From positions 177,608 to 241,607 of the forward strand of contig NW_018408441.1 of assembly GCF_002113885.1 (NCBI RefSeq): a stretch of 64,000 nt of DNA. Reading direction: 5' to 3'. The notes under the pieces are model-generated. The model had not been told where the DNA came from. It searched no databases and saw only the letters and a program-made list of their open reading frames with translations. This document shows positions 60,600-64,000 of the stretch, piece after piece. How positions within the stretch are numbered: the stretch's first letter is position 1; every line of letters starts with the position of its first letter. A program made the position numbers and the translations under genes. This stretch comes from Mizuhopecten yessoensis. Lineage: Eukaryota.

Positions 60600-63500
60600 G
60601 ATTCAGTCCAGTGTCTTTATTTCAGCCTCCACTAATCCTAATGTTCCGCTGATTCCAGCCATATTAAGCCAGCCACAACTAATATGGTTGTCCCACTATC
60701 CAGTCACATTAATCCAGCTTCCACTAATCTTGTTGTCCCATTAACCAGCCATAACTAATATAAACCATTTGCCAAACTATCCAGTCATCTAACCAGGTTG
60801 TAACACTTTCATGCCACCACTAATGTGATTATTTAACTATCTAGCCTCATTATCTCAGCAACACATATGTAGTTGTCCCACTATCTAGCCACATTATCTC
60901 AGCAACAACCATGAAGTTGTCTCACTATCTAGCCTCATTATCTCAGCAACACATATGTAGTTGTCCCACTATCTAGCCACATTATCTCAGCAACACCCAT
61001 AAAGTTGTCTCACTATCTAGCCACAATATCTCAGCAACACCCATATAGTTGTCTCACTATCTAGCCACATTATCTCAGCAACACCCATAAAGTTGTCCCA
61101 CTATCTAGCCACAATATCTCAGCACCACCCATGATGTTGTCCCAATATCTAGCCTCATTATCTCAGCACCACCCATGAAGTTGTCCCACTATCTAGCCTC
61201 ATTTTCTCAGCAACACAGATGTAAGTGTCCCACTATCTAGCCACATTATTTCAGCAGCACCCATGAAGTTGTCCCACTATCTAGCCTCATTATTTCAGCA
61301 CCACCCATCAAGTTGTCCCACTATCTAGCCACATTAATTTAGCACCCCCCATGAAGTTGTCTCACTATCTAGCCACATTATTTCAGCACCACCCATGAAG
61401 TTGTCTCACTATCTAGCCACATTATTTCAGCACCACCCATGCAGTTGTCCCACTATGTAGCCTCATTATTTCAGCACCACCCATGAAGTTGTCACACTAT
61501 CTGGCCACATTACTTTAGCACCACCCATGAAGTTGTCCCACTATCTAGCCACATTATTTCAGCAACACCCATGAAGTTGTCTCACTATCTAGCCACATTA
61601 ATTAAGCACCACCCATCAAGTTGTCCCATTATCTAGCCTCATTATTTCAGCAACACCCATAAAGTTGTCCCACTATCTAGCCTCATTATTCCAGCAACAC
61701 ACATGAAGTTGTCTCACTATCTAGCCACATTATCTCAGCACCACCCATGAAGTTTTCCCACTATCTAGCCTCATTATCTCAGCAACACCCATGAAGTTGT
61801 CCCACTATCTAGCCTCATTATCTCAGCAACACCAATGAAGTTGTCTCACTATATAGCCACATTATCTCAGCACCACCCATGAAGTTGTCTCACTATCTAG
61901 CCACATTATCTCAGCAACACCCATGAAGTTGTCCCACTATCTAGCCACATTATCTCAGCAACACCCATGAAGTTGTCCCACTATCTAGCCACATTATCTC
62001 AGCAACACCCATGAAGTTGTCCCACTATCTAGCCACATTATTTCAGAACCACCCATGAAGTTGTCTCACTATCTAGCCACATTATCTCAGCAACACCCAT
62101 GAAGTTGTCCCACTATCTAGCCACATTATCTCAGCACCACCCATCAAGTTGTCCCACTATCTAGCCTCATTATTTCAGCACCACCAATGTAGTTGTCCCA
62201 CTATCTAGCCACATTATTTCAGCAACACCCATGAAGTTGTCCCACTATCTAGCCTCATTATTTCAGCACCACCCATCAAGTTGTCCCACTATCTAGCCAC
62301 ATTAATTTAGCACCACCGATGAAGTTGTCTCACTAACTATCCACATTAATTTAGCACCACCCATGAAGTTGTCCCACTATGTAGCCTCATTATTTCAGCA
62401 CCTCCCATGAAGTTGTCCCACTATCTAGCCACCTTATTTCAGCACCACCCATGAAGTTGTCCCACTATCAGGACCACCCATGTCGTTGTCCCACTATCTA
62501 GCCACATTATCTCAGTACCACTCATCAAGTTGTCCCACTATCTAGCCTCATTATCTCAGCACCACTCATCAAGTTGTCCCACTATCTAGCCTCATTATCT
62601 CAGCACCACCCATGAAGTTGTCCCACTATGTAGCCTCATTATTTCAGCACCACCCATGAAGTTGTCTCACTATCTAGCCACATTAATTTTGCACCACCCA
62701 TCAAGTTGTCCCACTATCTAGCCTCATTATTCCAGCAACACCCATGAAGTTGTCTCACTATCTAGCCACATTATCTCAGCAACACCCATGAAGTTGTCCC
62801 ACTATCTTATCTAGCCACATTAATTTAGCACCACCCATGAAGTTGTCTCACTATCTAGCCACATTATTTCAGCAACACCCATGAAATTGTCTCACTATCT
62901 AGCCACATTAATTTAGCACCCCCCATCAAGTTGTCCCACTATCTAGCCACATTAATTTAGCACCACCCATGAAGTTGTCCCCCTATCTAGCCACATTAAT
63001 TTAGCACCACCCATGAAGTTGTCTCACTATCTAGCCACATTAATTAAGCACCACCCATCAAGTTGTCCCATTATCTAGCCTCATTATTTCAGCAACACCC
63101 ATAAAGTTGTCCCACTATCTAGCCTCATTATTCCAGCACCACCCATGAAGTTGTCCCACTATGTAGCCTCATTATTTCAGCACCACCCATGAAGTTATCT
63201 CACTATCTAGCCACATTATTTCAGCACCACCCATCAAGTTGTCTCACTATCTAGCCACATTTTTTCAGCACCAGCCATCAAGTTGTCCCACTATCTAGCC
63301 ACATGAATTTAGCACCACCGATGAAGTTGTCTCACTAACTATCCACATTAATTTAGCACCACCCATGAAGTTGTCTCACTATCTAGCCACATTATTTTAG
63401 CACCACCCATGTAGTTGTCCCACTATCTAGCCACATTATTTCAGAACCACCCATGAAGTTGTCTCACTATCTAGCCACATTATCTCAGCAACACCCATCA

Positions 63501-64000
63501 AGTTGTCTCACTATCTAGCCACAGTTTTTCAGCACCACCCATCAAGTTGTCCCACTATCTAGCCACATGAATTTAGCACCACCGATGAAGTTGTCTCACT
63601 AACTATCCACATTAATTTAGCACCACCCATGAAGTTGTCTCACTATCTAGCCACATTAATTAAGCACCACCCATCAAGTTGTCCCATTATCTAGCCTCAT
63701 TATTTCAGCAACACCCATGAAGTTGTACCACTATCTAGCCTCATTATTTCAGCACCCCCCATCAAGTTGTCTCACTATCTAGCCACATTATCTCAGCAAC
63801 ACTGATGAAGTTGTCTCACTATCTAGCCACATTATTTTAGCACCACCCATGTAGTTGTCCCACTATCTAGCCACATTATCTTAGCAACACCCATGAAGTT
63901 GTCCCACTATCTAGCCACGTTATTTCAGCACCACCCATGTAGTTGTCCCACTATCTAGCCACATTATTTCAGCACCACCCATCAAGTTGTCTCACTATCT
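60600..64000. repeat. 42-bp minisatellite, about 75 or more copies, in DDX28 intron 7 (runs off the window)
   Basis: Unit CACCACCCATGAAGTTGTCCCACTATCTAGCCACATTATTTCAG-like; degenerate at 60600-60830 and homogeneous afterwards. Confidence 0.97.

Overview
AT-rich, intron-rich animal genomic DNA. The repeat families (Helentron-type HINEs with internal satellites, V/Meta-core SINEs, IS3EU-like and 9-bp-TSD MITEs) point to a bivalve mollusc; that is inference. Four conserved housekeeping genes were reconstructed by hand across GT-AG junctions: AP4M1 (+, 13 exons, first intron U12-type), GDPGP1 (+, 11 exons), BABAM2/BRE (-, 11 exons) and the 5' part of DDX28 (+, head-to-head with BABAM2). A fifth, unrecognised two-exon gene (-, 28852-24331, about 270 aa, with an HCF-binding EHSY motif and an acidic tail) sits in a transposon-rich island at 21-30 kb. 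That island also holds four short palindromes that look like P-element-type excision footprints. The most striking pattern is that all four conserved genes carry intronic tandem arrays built from their own exon-intron junctions. Examples are 18 copies of an AP4M1 donor, 8 copies of the DDX28 Walker-A acceptor, and 8 and more than 15 copies of two BABAM2 donors. These form arrays of decoy splice sites at various stages of decay. All homology calls are from memory of the protein families, not from database searches.
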